DNA from: an uncultured Fibrobacteria bacterium
GTDB lineage: Bacteria; Fibrobacterota; Fibrobacteria; UBA11236
Direction: 5' to 3'
DNA: 64,000 nt
Assembly: GCA_963716395.1 (NCBI GenBank)
Contig: OY970309.1
Location: 1,876,402-1,940,401 of the forward strand
Shown piece by piece: positions 9,967 to 20,301 of the stretch. The position numbers and the translations under genes are program-made. Below the pieces are notes generated by a model. That model did no database searches and was not told the origin of the DNA. It was given only the letters and a program-made list of their open reading frames with translations. The stretch's first letter is position 1. The number at the start of each line of letters is the position of its first letter.

Positions 9967-11460
9967 GTGTTGCCACCAATAAGAAAAATTACCGTCGCAC
10001 TTGGGATCGTTCTGCTGATGGTCGGCTGTGCCGTGGGGCCGGATTTCAAGCGTCCGGCAGCGCCGGCCGCCAAGGAATACACTTCCCATCCGCTACCGGC
10101 CGACGTTGAGCCGGGGGGCGGCGGCGGAGCGCCCCAGCATTTCGTGCAGAACATGGACATTCCCGCCCAATGGTGGACCTTGTTTCATTCCCCGTCTCTG
10201 AACCGGCTGGTGGAACAGGCCTTGAAGGCCAACCCCACCCTGAAGGCGGCGGAAGCCACCTTGCGCCAGGCGCAGGAAAACGTGTACGCTGCGGAAGGCG
10301 CCCTGTTTCCCTCCGTCAATGCCAACGGTGCGGTCTCCCGGCAAAAGACCAATGGTGCAACGGCCGGAAAGGCAGGCCCGGGCCCCTTGTTTACGCTGTA
10401 TAACGCTTCGGTCAGCGTCTCCTACGGCATCGACATTTTCGGCACGGCGCGCAGAACGCTGGAAGCGATCGGGGCGCAAGCCGATTTCGAGCGGTTCCAG
10501 ATGAAAGCCGCCACCCTGACGCTGACCTCGAATGTGGTCACCACCGCGGTGCAGGAAGCCTCGTTGCAGGCCCAGATCGCGGCCACTCGCGAAATCGTCG
10601 ACGTGCAAAGCCAGCAGCTCGACGTGCTGCAACATCAGTCCAACGTGGGCGCCGTTTCGCTGGCCAGCGTGCTGGCGCAAAAGACGACACTGGCACAAAC
10701 GCGCGCCAACCTGCCGGTGCTGGAAAAACAATTGGCGCTGATCCACAACCAGTTGGCGGCGCTGGCCGGCCATTTCCCGAGCCAGGACGGCGGGGTCACC
10801 TTCGATCTCGATTCGCTGCAACTTCCGCAGGAACTGCCGGTAAGCCTGCCTTCCATGCTGGTCAAGCAGCGCCCCGACATCCGCGCCTCGGAGTCCCAGT
10901 TGCATGCGGCCAGCGCCGAGATCGGTGTGGCCACGGCGAACATGTTCCCGCAATTCACCATCAGTGGCAGTGCGGGTTCCGTCGCCAACGCCGCTGGCAA
11001 CCTGTTCACGGCCGGATCGGGGATCTGGGACGCCGTTGCCGGCCTGACCCAGCCGATCTTCCACGGCGGCACGCTGTTGCACCAGCGTCGTGCCGCCGTC
11101 GCCGCTTACGCCGCGGCCGAAGCACAATATCGCAGCACCGTGTTGTCGGCTTTCCAGGATGTGGCCAATGTGCTGGACGCCCTGCAATTCGATGCGACCA
11201 TCCTGCAGGCGCAGCAGACCGCCGCGCAATCTGCGGCCGAGTACCTCGACATCGCGCGCCAACAATACCAATCCGGCGCCATCAGCTTCATAGCGCTGCT
11301 GAATGCCCAGCAGGCGTATCAGCAGACGCGCATCGCCCTGGTGCAGGCGCGCGCCAGCCGTTACACGGATACTGCCGCCCTGTTCGCTTCGCTAGGTGGC
11401 GGCTGGTGGAGCCGCAAAGACGCGGACATGGACAAGCAACCGGGAGCAGACAAACCATGA
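9967..11460 (+). CDS. Efflux transporter outer membrane factor lipoprotein (NodT/OprM family)
   Basis: ORF 9700..11460; lipoprotein signal peptide and lipobox (ITVALGIVLLMVGC); start placed at in-frame GTG behind an AGGA RBS (ATG at 9931 is the alternative); two TolC-like repeat halves. Confidence 0.8.
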   Translation: MLPPIRKITVALGIVLLMVGCAVGPDFKRPAAPAAKEYTSHPLPADVEPGGGGGAPQHFVQNMDIPAQWWTLFHSPSLNRLVEQALKANPTLKAAEATLRQAQENVYAAEGALFPSVNANGAVSRQKTNGATAGKAGPGPLFTLYNASVSVSYGIDIFGTARRTLEAIGAQADFERFQMKAATLTLTSNVVTTAVQEASLQAQIAATREIVDVQSQQLDVLQHQSNVGAVSLASVLAQKTTLAQTRANLPVLEKQLALIHNQLAALAGHFPSQDGGVTFDLDSLQLPQELPVSLPSMLVKQRPDIRASESQLHAASAEIGVATANMFPQFTISGSAGSVANAAGNLFTAGSGIWDAVAGLTQPIFHGGTLLHQRRAAVAAYAAAEAQYRSTVLSAFQDVANVLDALQFDATILQAQQTAAQSAAEYLDIARQQYQSGAISFIALLNAQQAYQQTRIALVQARASRYTDTAALFASLGGGWWSRKDADMDKQPGADKP

Positions 11461-11500
11461 GAACCATGATGATTCAGCAGCTGAATCGGAGGCAATGACA

Positions 11501-12631
11501 ATGAAAAAAAGAATGGGGATCATGCTCGTTTCGGCCCTGGTGGTGTTCGGCGGAATTTTCGGCTTTCAGGCCTTCAAGGGACACATGATAAAGAAGTACA
11601 TGGCCGCCGCCGGCAATGCCCCGCAGACGGTCTCGACCGTCCGCGCCGCTTACCAGGACTGGCAACCACAGCTGGAAGCGGTAGGCAGCCTGCGTGCGAT
11701 ACAGGGCGTCGAAGTCAGCCCGGAAGTATCCGGCATCGTTTCAGCCCTGAATTTCAAGCCGGGGCAGGTCGTCAAGAAAGGCGCGGTCCTGGTGGAACTG
11801 GTGGCCGAAGACGAGATCGCTAAGCTGCATTCGCTGCAGGCCGCCGCCGCTTTGTCCAAGACCACCTATGCGCGCGACCAGCAGCAATTCGAATTCAAGG
11901 CGATCAGCCAGCAGACCTTGGACGTGGACAAGGCGAATGCGATGCAGGCAGATGCCGACGTCGCGGCCCAGCAGGCGCTGGTCAACAAGAAGATCATCCA
12001 CGCACTGTTTTCGGGCCAGACCGGCATCCGCCTGGTCAGCGTGGGACAATACGTGAACGCCGGCACACCCTTGGTTTCGCTGCAGGAGTTGGATCCGATC
12101 TACCTGGATTTTTCCGTTCCGCAGCAAAACCTCAGCCTGATCCGCGTCGGCCAGAAAGTGTCGGCCGAGACCGACGCCTATCCAGGCGAGAAATTCAGCG
12201 GACAGATTTCGGGGATCAACCCGGAGGTGGACAGCGTCACTCTCAATGTGAAGGTGCGCGCCGAATTGCCCAATCCAAACCGTCGGCTGCTTCCCGGCAT
12301 GTACGCGACCGTCGACATCTTCGCCGGCGAACAGCAGCGCTACCTCACCTTGCCGCAGACCGCGGTCACCTATAACCCGTACGGAACCATCGCATACCTT
12401 GTCGAGCAACAGGGCGCCAACGCCCAAGGCAAGCCCAAGCTGATCGTCAAACAGGTGTTCGTCACCACGGGCGCGACGCGCGGCGACCAGGTCGCCGTGC
12501 TTAAGGGCATTCAGGAAGGCGACATGGTCGTGACCGCGGGGCAGGTCAAGCTGCACAATGGTTCTCCCGTCACCATCAACAACGACATCCAACCCAGCGA
12601 TGAGCCGCATCCGCAGCCCAAGGACGAATAA
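11501..12631 (+). CDS. Efflux RND periplasmic adaptor subunit (membrane fusion protein)
   Basis: ORF 11396..12631; start placed at Met 36 behind GGAGG (MKKRMGIMLVSALVVFGG...); HlyD/AcrA-like lipoyl and beta-barrel regions. Confidence 0.85.
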   Translation: MKKRMGIMLVSALVVFGGIFGFQAFKGHMIKKYMAAAGNAPQTVSTVRAAYQDWQPQLEAVGSLRAIQGVEVSPEVSGIVSALNFKPGQVVKKGAVLVELVAEDEIAKLHSLQAAAALSKTTYARDQQQFEFKAISQQTLDVDKANAMQADADVAAQQALVNKKIIHALFSGQTGIRLVSVGQYVNAGTPLVSLQELDPIYLDFSVPQQNLSLIRVGQKVSAETDAYPGEKFSGQISGINPEVDSVTLNVKVRAELPNPNRRLLPGMYATVDIFAGEQQRYLTLPQTAVTYNPYGTIAYLVEQQGANAQGKPKLIVKQVFVTTGATRGDQVAVLKGIQEGDMVVTAGQVKLHNGSPVTINNDIQPSDEPHPQPKDE

Positions 12632-12646
12632 CACGGGACTGTCAGC

Positions 12647-15600
12647 ATGAAATTTACCGATATCTTCATCCGCCGGCCGGTATTGGCCATGGTCGTCAGC
12701 CTGTTCCTGCTGGTGCTGGGCCTGCGCTCGTTCGGCACCCTGCCGATCTTGCAGTTTCCGCGCACGCAGAATGCGGTGATCACCGTGAGCACGACCTATT
12801 TCGGCGCCGACCCGGATCTGGTGGCCGGTTTCATCACCACGCCGCTGGAAAATGCCATCGCCCAGGTCAACGGCATCGATTACATGACCTCGAGCAGCAC
12901 CAACAGCCGCAGCGTGATCACGGTGAACCTGAAGCTGAATTACGACGCGGACAAGGCGCTGACCGAGATGAACGCGCAGATCAGTTCGGTGCTCAACCAG
13001 TTGCCGCCGCAGACGCAAAAGCCGGTGATGACCATCAGCATCGGCCAGACCCTCGATGCCATGTATATCGGCTTTTCCAGCAAGGAGCTGCCGTCCAACC
13101 GCATCACGGATTATTTGCAGCGCGTGGTGCAACCGAAACTGCAGGCGGTGGATGGCGTGCAGACCGCCGAACTGCTCGGCGCCAAGAACTTCGCCCTGCG
13201 CGCATGGCTCAACCCGAAGAAGCTGGCGGCCTACGGACTGACGGCGGCCGATGTCAGCGCGGCACTGGCGCAAAACGATTTCCTCTCCGGCGTGGGCAAC
13301 ACCAAGGGGCTGATGGTGCAGACCAACCTGAATGCCTCGACCAATCTGCATTCGCTGGACGAGTTCCGCAATCTGGTGATCCGGCAATCCGGCCATGCGA
13401 TGGTGCGGCTGAAGGATATCGCCAATGTCACGCTGGGAGCCGATGACTACGACAGCCAGGTGTCCTTCGACGGCCAAGACGCAACGTATATCGGTATCCA
13501 GGTGGCGCCCAGCGCCAACCTGCTCGACGTGATCAAGCGCGTGCGCGAGGTGATGCCGGAATTACAGGCCCAGTTGCCGGAGGGGATCGACGCCCGAATC
13601 GTTTACGACTCCACCCGCTTCGTCAACAGTTCGATCCAGGAAGTGATCAAGACCCTGATCGAAGCGATCCTCGTGATCATGCTGGTGATCTTCGCCTTCC
13701 TCGGTTCGCCGCGTTCGGTGCTGATCCCGGTGATCGCCATCCCGCTTTCGCTGATTGGAACATTCACGTTCATGCTCGCATTCGGTTTTTCCATCAACCT
13801 CCTGACCCTGCTGGCCTTCGTGCTCGCCATTGGGCTGGTGGTCGACGATGCCATCATCGTGGTGGAGAACGTCAGTCGCCACATCGAAGAAGGCGTGCCC
13901 CCGATGCAGTCCGCACTCCATGCCGCGCGCGAATTGGCCGGCCCCATCATCGCCATGACGGTCGTGCTGGTTTCGGTGTACGTGCCGATCGGATTCCAGG
14001 GCGGACTGACCGGCGCCCTGTTCACTGAATTTGCCTTCACGCTGGTCGGCACCGTCACGGTGTCTGCGATCATTGCGCTGACCCTATCGCCCATGATGTG
14101 CTCGCGGCTGCTCCGGCCGCACCGCCCGGAGGATACTGGCCTGGAATCGCGCGTCGTGCACTTCATCAATGCGACCTTTGAAAAGGTGCGGAAAGTTTAC
14201 GCGCGCACGCTGCACAACTCGCTCGACTACCTGCCGGTGACGGCGGTGTTCGCGCTGATCGTGCTGGGCAGCATTTACTTTTTGTATTCCGCCGCCAAAC
14301 ATGAGCTTGCGCCGCAGGAAGACCAGGGCGTCATTATCGCCTCGCTGACGCCGGCGCCCAATTCGACCCTGCAACAACAGGAGTTGTACTCGCAACAGAA
14401 CTACCGGATCTATGCCAAACATGCGGAGACCGACCATGTCTTCCAGTTCGATTTGCCGGGCAGGATGTTTGCCGGCATGGTGCTGAAACCGTGGGACGAG
14501 CGTGACAAGACGACGAACCAGTTGCAGCCGGTGGTCCAAAAAGAATTGGGCGACATTGCCGGTGTGCAAGCGGTGGCCTTCCAGCCGCCCTCGTTGCCGG
14601 GCAGCCGCGGTTTGCCCATCCAGTTCGTCATCGGCACCACCCAGCCCTTCGACCGCCTGAACGATGTCGTGCAGAATTTCCTGGAGCAGGCGCAGAAGAG
14701 CGGCATGTTCATGTTCATCAACTCCGACCTGCGCATTGACCTGCCGCAATCCACCGTGGAAATCGACCGCAACAAGGCCGCCTTGCTCGGCCTGTCCATG
14801 CAGGATATCGGCAACTCGCTGGCCGCCATGCTGGGAGGCGGCTACGTGAACTATTTCAGCCTGTCGGGGAGATCGTACAAGGTCATTCCCCAGGTGCAGC
14901 AGCGCTACCGCTTGAACACATCGCAGCTGCTCAACTATTACATCCGCACCGCCAGCGGCACCTCCGTGCCGCTGTCCAGCGTGGTGCACATCACGACCAA
15001 GACGGCGCCGGAATCGCTGAACCACTTCCAGCAGCTCAATGCGGCCACCGTGCAGGGCGTGGCTTCGCCCGGCATCACGACCGGCGAGGCGCTGAGCTAT
15101 CTCAAGCATCTGGCCGACCGGACTCTGCCGCAGGGCTATTCGATAGATTACGCCGGACAATCGCGCCAGTTCATGCAGGAATCCACCGGCTTCGTGACCC
15201 TGTTCGCCTTTGCGCTGATCATCATTTTCCTGGCACTGGCGGCGCAATTCGAAAGCTTCCGCGATCCGTTCATCATCCTGGTCTCGGTGCCGATGTCTGT
15301 CGCCGGCGCGCTGATCTTCGTCAGCCTGGGCATCGGCGGCGCCAGCCTGAACATCTACACGCAGGTCGGGCTGGTGACGCTGATGGGACTGATCAGCAAG
15401 CACGGCATTCTGATCGTGCAGTTTGCCAACAACCTGCGCCGGGAAGGCAAGACCAAGCGTGAGGCCATCGAGGAAGCCGCCACCATCCGGCTGCGCCCGA
15501 TTCTAATGACCACCGCCGCAATGGTGCTGGGCGTGATTCCGCTGATCGTCGCCAGCGGCGCCGGTGCGGCGGCGCGCTATAACTTAGGGCTGGTCATCGC

Positions 15601-15715
15601 CAGCGGACTCGCCATCGGCACTTTGTTCACACTGCTGGTGGTGCCGGCCGTATACATGCAGATCGCCAGCAATCACGTGAAACCACGCGCAACGGCCGAT
15701 AGCTCTACAGTCTGA
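12647..15715 (+). CDS. RND multidrug efflux permease (HAE1/AcrB family)
   Basis: 1022 aa; N-terminus MKFTDIFIRRPVLAMVVSLFLLVLG and 12-TM architecture typical of AcrB/MexB. Confidence 0.95.
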   Translation: MKFTDIFIRRPVLAMVVSLFLLVLGLRSFGTLPILQFPRTQNAVITVSTTYFGADPDLVAGFITTPLENAIAQVNGIDYMTSSSTNSRSVITVNLKLNYDADKALTEMNAQISSVLNQLPPQTQKPVMTISIGQTLDAMYIGFSSKELPSNRITDYLQRVVQPKLQAVDGVQTAELLGAKNFALRAWLNPKKLAAYGLTAADVSAALAQNDFLSGVGNTKGLMVQTNLNASTNLHSLDEFRNLVIRQSGHAMVRLKDIANVTLGADDYDSQVSFDGQDATYIGIQVAPSANLLDVIKRVREVMPELQAQLPEGIDARIVYDSTRFVNSSIQEVIKTLIEAILVIMLVIFAFLGSPRSVLIPVIAIPLSLIGTFTFMLAFGFSINLLTLLAFVLAIGLVVDDAIIVVENVSRHIEEGVPPMQSALHAARELAGPIIAMTVVLVSVYVPIGFQGGLTGALFTEFAFTLVGTVTVSAIIALTLSPMMCSRLLRPHRPEDTGLESRVVHFINATFEKVRKVYARTLHNSLDYLPVTAVFALIVLGSIYFLYSAAKHELAPQEDQGVIIASLTPAPNSTLQQQELYSQQNYRIYAKHAETDHVFQFDLPGRMFAGMVLKPWDERDKTTNQLQPVVQKELGDIAGVQAVAFQPPSLPGSRGLPIQFVIGTTQPFDRLNDVVQNFLEQAQKSGMFMFINSDLRIDLPQSTVEIDRNKAALLGLSMQDIGNSLAAMLGGGYVNYFSLSGRSYKVIPQVQQRYRLNTSQLLNYYIRTASGTSVPLSSVVHITTKTAPESLNHFQQLNAATVQGVASPGITTGEALSYLKHLADRTLPQGYSIDYAGQSRQFMQESTGFVTLFAFALIIIFLALAAQFESFRDPFIILVSVPMSVAGALIFVSLGIGGASLNIYTQVGLVTLMGLISKHGILIVQFANNLRREGKTKREAIEEAATIRLRPILMTTAAMVLGVIPLIVASGAGAAARYNLGLVIASGLAIGTLFTLLVVPAVYMQIASNHVKPRATADSSTV

Positions 15716-17954
15716 TGGTCAAACCGCCGCGGAACTGCCTGGGCTCGGCGGGATGAAAAACAAGGTCATCCACACCGTCCGCGGGTTCTCCCGGCAGGCG
15801 GGTCACATAATCGTAGGCCATGTCGTCGACCTGGGTGTCGAAAATATTGAAGACGTCTCCGTACACACTCACATGGCGGTTGAGGGCGCAGGTGATTTGA
15901 CCGTTGAACAGGGTCGAGGAAGAGGATCGTACGCTGTTGTCCTGGGTGAGCGCGCGGGGTCCGAAAAAGCGCATGAACAAACCCGCCGACCACGGTCCCA
16001 GGCGGTGGAGTGAAACGCCCGCTGAAACCGCGGACTCGATCGCCTCGGGCACGTACTGCCCCTCCGAATCGGGATCCACAAACCTGGCCCGCGAAAACGC
16101 AAGGTCGAGGTCGAAAAGCAGCCAGGGCACGGGTTGGTAATGCTCATTGATCTCGATCCCCATTCTGCGCGTAGGGCCTGCGGGTTCGGTGGTTCCCTCG
16201 TCGGCATCCCACACCAGCTCGGAATTGAAGTCCAACAGCCACAGCGCCAACGAGCTTTGCAATCCGGGTACCGCTTCGGAACGGCCGCCGATCTCGAAAC
16301 CGCGCGACCGGACGAGCAGTGAATCCTGGCTGATGGTCTCGCCGCTCTTGGCATCGATCGTGGCGGTGGCGCCGCGGGCGTCGTTGGAGTGATAGCCGTC
16401 CCCGAAGTTCAGGTAAAATTCCGTCTTCGCCCAAGGCCCCAGAATGAGAGAGGCCTTGGGCAGCAGGATGCCTTCGGAAACCCATCCCGAATTGGCGGGA
16501 TTGCTCGCCTGCACATTGGCGCCCAGAAACGCGTAACGAAGACCGAGGTAAAGGCGGCTCCAGGATGTGAAGTGGCTCTCCAGATCGGTCCAGTACCCGA
16601 CGGTCGGTTCCTGGACCGTGTCCACGGCCCAGGGATTCAGCCGCATCCGGTCCATGGTATGGTAGAGCGCGACGGGAGCGATGTCATCGTAGCGTGCGTC
16701 CAGGCCGAGCCGTAACTTTTCCCCCCATCCCAGCACGGAGCCATCCTTGGTCCACCGCTCCGAAGTCCCGAAAATCCAGCGATTGTCCAACTGCTCCATT
16801 TGATCGCCGTTCACGGTGTCGTCGAGGAAAAAGGTGAAGTTGGAATACAGATTCATGTCGTACTTGACGGCGTAGGCGTTCGCGCGCAAGGCGCCGCCCC
16901 CCAATTCCCCGTCCCAGGCCGTGGAAAAGCTGTAGCGATGCGAAGAGCCGCCGTCGCTGGAATCGAGCGTTCCGTAGTAGTCCACCGCCCCTTCCGTGAC
17001 CGCTCTTTCGGGGATCTGGTTCGTGGCGTTCCACGTGCCCGAGTAGGCCATGCCTTCGAGGCTGAACAGGCCGCTGCCGAGCGGGTGGCTCCAGCGCAGC
17101 AGTTCGTTGAATTTTCGGTAATCCTCCGGCACATCCCACGGGCCGTCCTCATGCAAGGCTTCGATCCCGAGCAAGAGTTTACCGCCGAAAAGATCCGCGG
17201 AGGCTCCGCCGATGGAACGGTTATACCCGAAGGCGCCGAGGGTCTGATCCAGGAAAGGATGGGCCACGCTGTTTTCGTAATAAATATCGGCCGCGCCGGC
17301 TGAGGCAAAATCACCCCTCGAAGCATCGTAGGGGCCTTTCGTATAGTCGACGTGATCGATGAACTCCGGCAGGAGGAAATTCAGGTCATCGTAGCCCTGG
17401 CCATGGGCATGGGTGGGAAGGTTGACCGGCACGCCGTCGACCGAGGTCGCGAAATCGGTACCGTGATCGAGATTGAACCCGCGCAGCAGGAATTGGTTCG
17501 CTTTGCCGGCACCGCTGTGCTGCGTTACGATCAGCCCGGGAACCAATTCCTCCACTTCGCCGGGCCTTAACAGCGGCCTGTCTTCCAGCAACTCCTTGGT
17601 GTAGGTTCCGCTGCTGGCGGCGTCTGCGGAGCCTAAAAGGCCTTGGTAATGCCCGACCACGATGATCGGCTTCATGGGTTTAACGACTGCCGTATCCTGC
17701 CGAACATTCGGTTTCGCAGACGAACCGCTTACGGTGGCGACGGTATCGTGCTTGACCGCGCTCGTCGAATCGGCCTCAACTTGCGCCGGCAGGGTCTGCG
17801 GTTCGGGCACCTGACCGAAGCCGGCTCGAGCCCACGGCAAGGCGGCCAAGAAAAAAAAGAGCCCGCCGCGAATGAGCTTAGGCGCTTTCGGGTTGACCTG
17901 CGAGTAGCCCCGGAAGCGCATCTGCGTCTGGGCGAGGAAAAATTTTGTTGGCAT
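15705..17954 (-). CDS. TonB-dependent outer membrane receptor
   Basis: ORF 15705..18407; start placed at Met 152 behind GGGAG; signal peptide; plug-domain motifs (FLLRGFNLDHGTDFATSVDGVPVN); long beta-barrel; 3' end overlaps the convergent RND gene by 11 bp. Confidence 0.8.
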   Translation of the reverse strand: MPTKFFLAQTQMRFRGYSQVNPKAPKLIRGGLFFFLAALPWARAGFGQVPEPQTLPAQVEADSTSAVKHDTVATVSGSSAKPNVRQDTAVVKPMKPIIVVGHYQGLLGSADAASSGTYTKELLEDRPLLRPGEVEELVPGLIVTQHSGAGKANQFLLRGFNLDHGTDFATSVDGVPVNLPTHAHGQGYDDLNFLLPEFIDHVDYTKGPYDASRGDFASAGAADIYYENSVAHPFLDQTLGAFGYNRSIGGASADLFGGKLLLGIEALHEDGPWDVPEDYRKFNELLRWSHPLGSGLFSLEGMAYSGTWNATNQIPERAVTEGAVDYYGTLDSSDGGSSHRYSFSTAWDGELGGGALRANAYAVKYDMNLYSNFTFFLDDTVNGDQMEQLDNRWIFGTSERWTKDGSVLGWGEKLRLGLDARYDDIAPVALYHTMDRMRLNPWAVDTVQEPTVGYWTDLESHFTSWSRLYLGLRYAFLGANVQASNPANSGWVSEGILLPKASLILGPWAKTEFYLNFGDGYHSNDARGATATIDAKSGETISQDSLLVRSRGFEIGGRSEAVPGLQSSLALWLLDFNSELVWDADEGTTEPAGPTRRMGIEINEHYQPVPWLLFDLDLAFSRARFVDPDSEGQYVPEAIESAVSAGVSLHRLGPWSAGLFMRFFGPRALTQDNSVRSSSSTLFNGQITCALNRHVSVYGDVFNIFDTQVDDMAYDYVTRLPGEPADGVDDLVFHPAEPRQFRGGLTIRL

Positions 17955-18162
17955 AAAAACTCCCGGTTTTTTTGAACGCAGCTCTGGTATTATTATTTTA
18001 ATAAACGTAATAAGTACACTCCGTTCCTCCCAAGCGCAAGGCGTTTCGCGGCGAATTGGTTCTTCCTGGGGATCGGTGATATTGGGTCGCAACCCGAAGC
18101 CGGCCGGCGCGGCACACAGGTCGCCGCTTCGGGGTCGGGCGCGAAATTGATACACTTTCGGC

Positions 18163-19608
18163 ATGGAAATGAGTGAAGCGTTAAGCCGATTCGACGCCCT
18201 GACGCCCCTCGTGCTGGGCGACAGTTTTATCGATGAATACGTAACCGGCGACTGCTCGCGGCTTTCGCCCGAGGCCCCGGTTCCGGTGCTGCATGTGGAT
18301 GCGGGACAGACCCGGCGCGTGTTGGGAGGCGCAGCCAATACCGCCGCCAATATCGCCGCCTTGGGCGGCAAGCCGGTGCTCTTCGCCCTGTACGCGCGCG
18401 ACGACATGGGCCAGGAATTTGAAGCGCAATGCGCGGCCGCGGCCGTAACCCTCGAACCTTTTCACGACGGCCGCCCCACGCCACGCAAGACCCGGCTTTT
18501 GGGCCAGCGCCAGCAATTGCTGCGGCTTGATTATGAGGAAACCCGCGACGTCGAGGCCGATGTCGAAGCGCACCTATTCGCCGTTTTTCAACGGCGCCTG
18601 CCGCACGCCGATTTCGTGGTCTTCTCCGATTATGCCAAAGGGTTGCTCACGGCCGAGCTTGCCCCGCGCCTGATTCGCGCTGCCCGCGCCGCCGGAAAAC
18701 CGGTGATCGTCGATCCGCGCCCGCAGCATGCGGACCGCTACCACGGCTGCGATTACCTTACGCCCAACTGGAAGGAATCTTTGGGCATGCTGGGCCGCGG
18801 AGAACTCGAACCCACCATGGCCAATGTGCGCGACGTCGGCGACACCTTGCGGCGGCGGCAGGAATCGCATGTGCTGCTCACCCTGGGCCCCAAGGGCATG
18901 GCGTTTTTCCATCGCGACTCCGGCGAATTCTTTCACCTTCCCACCGCCGCGCGCGAAGTGTATGACGTGTCCGGCGCTGGCGACACCGTGGTGGCGGCCT
19001 TCGCCCTGGCCCATGCGGCCGGAATGTCGCACCGCGCGGCCGTCGAATTGGCCAATCGCGCCGCGGGCGTGGTGGTGGGCAAATTGGGAACCGCCACGGT
19101 CACGCGCGAGGAGTTGTCGCAGCCGTCGTCCGGGGGCGGTTTGCTGGTCCGGAACCAACTGGCGCCTTTGGCCGCCTTGCTGCGCGCCCAGGGAAAATCC
19201 ATCGTGACCCTCAACGGCTCCTTCGACCTGTTGCATGCCGGCCACTTGCACATTCTCACAGAGGCCAAAAATCAAGGCGACATGCTGATCGTGGGCTTGA
19301 ACAGCGATGCTTCGGTGCGGCGCTATAAGGCGGCTGGGCGCCCTTTGATTCCCCAGACCGAACGCGCGCGCATGCTGCTGGCCCTGCGTTGTGTGGACTA
19401 CGTGCACATCTTCGACGAAGACGTGCCCATGCCCTTTCTCGCAGCCGTGCGACCCGACGTGCACGTGAACGGGTCGGAATACGGCCAAGACTGCATCGAA
19501 GCCCCGACGGTCCGGCGCTTCGGCGGCCGCATCCACATCGTGGAAAAAATCCCCGGTCTTTCCACCAGCGCGCTTCTCGACCGCATCCGTAACCTGCCGG
19601 TGTCGTAA
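18163..19608 (+). CDS. hldE: Bifunctional D-beta-D-heptose 7-phosphate kinase / heptose 1-phosphate adenylyltransferase
   Basis: 481 aa; N-terminal ribokinase-like sugar kinase domain and C-terminal cytidylyltransferase-like domain (SFDLLHAGHLHIL). Confidence 0.95.
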   Translation: MEMSEALSRFDALTPLVLGDSFIDEYVTGDCSRLSPEAPVPVLHVDAGQTRRVLGGAANTAANIAALGGKPVLFALYARDDMGQEFEAQCAAAAVTLEPFHDGRPTPRKTRLLGQRQQLLRLDYEETRDVEADVEAHLFAVFQRRLPHADFVVFSDYAKGLLTAELAPRLIRAARAAGKPVIVDPRPQHADRYHGCDYLTPNWKESLGMLGRGELEPTMANVRDVGDTLRRRQESHVLLTLGPKGMAFFHRDSGEFFHLPTAAREVYDVSGAGDTVVAAFALAHAAGMSHRAAVELANRAAGVVVGKLGTATVTREELSQPSSGGGLLVRNQLAPLAALLRAQGKSIVTLNGSFDLLHAGHLHILTEAKNQGDMLIVGLNSDASVRRYKAAGRPLIPQTERARMLLALRCVDYVHIFDEDVPMPFLAAVRPDVHVNGSEYGQDCIEAPTVRRFGGRIHIVEKIPGLSTSALLDRIRNLPVS

Positions 19609-19612
19609 GCCC

Positions 19613-19990
19613 ATGCGCATCCACGCGCTGGATTCTTTTTCCGAGGCCCCGCGCGGAAAATTCGTGCTGCTGCGCTTTCGGGGAACGGTGCATTTCGTTT
19701 CGGGATCGGTGGAGCAGCGGCCCTATCACGCGAATCTCATCTTCGACTTCTTCGCGCAAACGGAATGGGGCCGCGCCGAATGGGAGGGGGAGACCCGGTG
19801 CGCAATCCGCACCCCGGGTTGGGAGATTCTCGGCGGCGGCCGCTATGAAATCGACGAGGCCGAGGGCGTGTTGATTTTATCCGAGAAGTCCACTGCCTAT
19901 GGAAAGTTCTCCGCGGAAGAAATCGCTGCGCAGGCGGCCGATTTGCTTGCGGCCATGCCGTCTCCGGGTTTTCGTCTGCGCCTCGATTGA
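19613..19990 (+). CDS. Hypothetical protein co-transcribed with hldE
   Basis: 125-aa ORF starting 4 nt after the hldE stop; no recognisable family. Confidence 0.45.
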   Translation: MRIHALDSFSEAPRGKFVLLRFRGTVHFVSGSVEQRPYHANLIFDFFAQTEWGRAEWEGETRCAIRTPGWEILGGGRYEIDEAEGVLILSEKSTAYGKFSAEEIAAQAADLLAAMPSPGFRLRLD

Positions 19991-20039
19991 GAGGTCGCAT
20001 GCACCTTCGGCGCGAGGAGATGAATTTTCTCGGTTCTCG

Positions 20040-20300
20040 CACATTGTTATCCAAATTTTGGTATGTGGTTACCTTAATCAAGGAGTTTTTACCCGTATTT
20101 CGTTATCCGAAAAACGAAATTTCTGAATGCAATTTATAGGATAATTTCTAATTTAAGCGGAAATAAGCCGGATTATGGCTGTATACCGTTATCCCTCTAT
20201 AAAGAATTGATTGTTTTCCGGTCCCGTTATCGAATATATTGACCTTAACTTCTTCGGAAGTCGGAGACTGCGAAACACATCACTACCACGGAGAGAGGAT
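20040..20300. promoter_or_regulatory. AT-rich regulatory region with repeated GTTATC(C) motifs and an 8-bp inverted repeat
   Basis: Markedly AT-rich compared with the flanks; GTTATCC/GTTATCG four times; ATTTCGTT-N8-AACGAAAT inverted repeat; lies upstream of the lipoprotein / TIGR02147-like locus. Confidence 0.4.
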
Positions 20301-20301
20301 C

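Noticed and set aside
20040-20235. Possible replication origin (DnaA-box-like TTATCC repeats in an AT-rich island)
   Set aside because: Matches to TTATCCACA are degenerate (one to two mismatches each), spacing is irregular, and no dnaA/dnaN is nearby; a regulatory region is the more economical reading. GC-skew analysis of the full contig would settle it.
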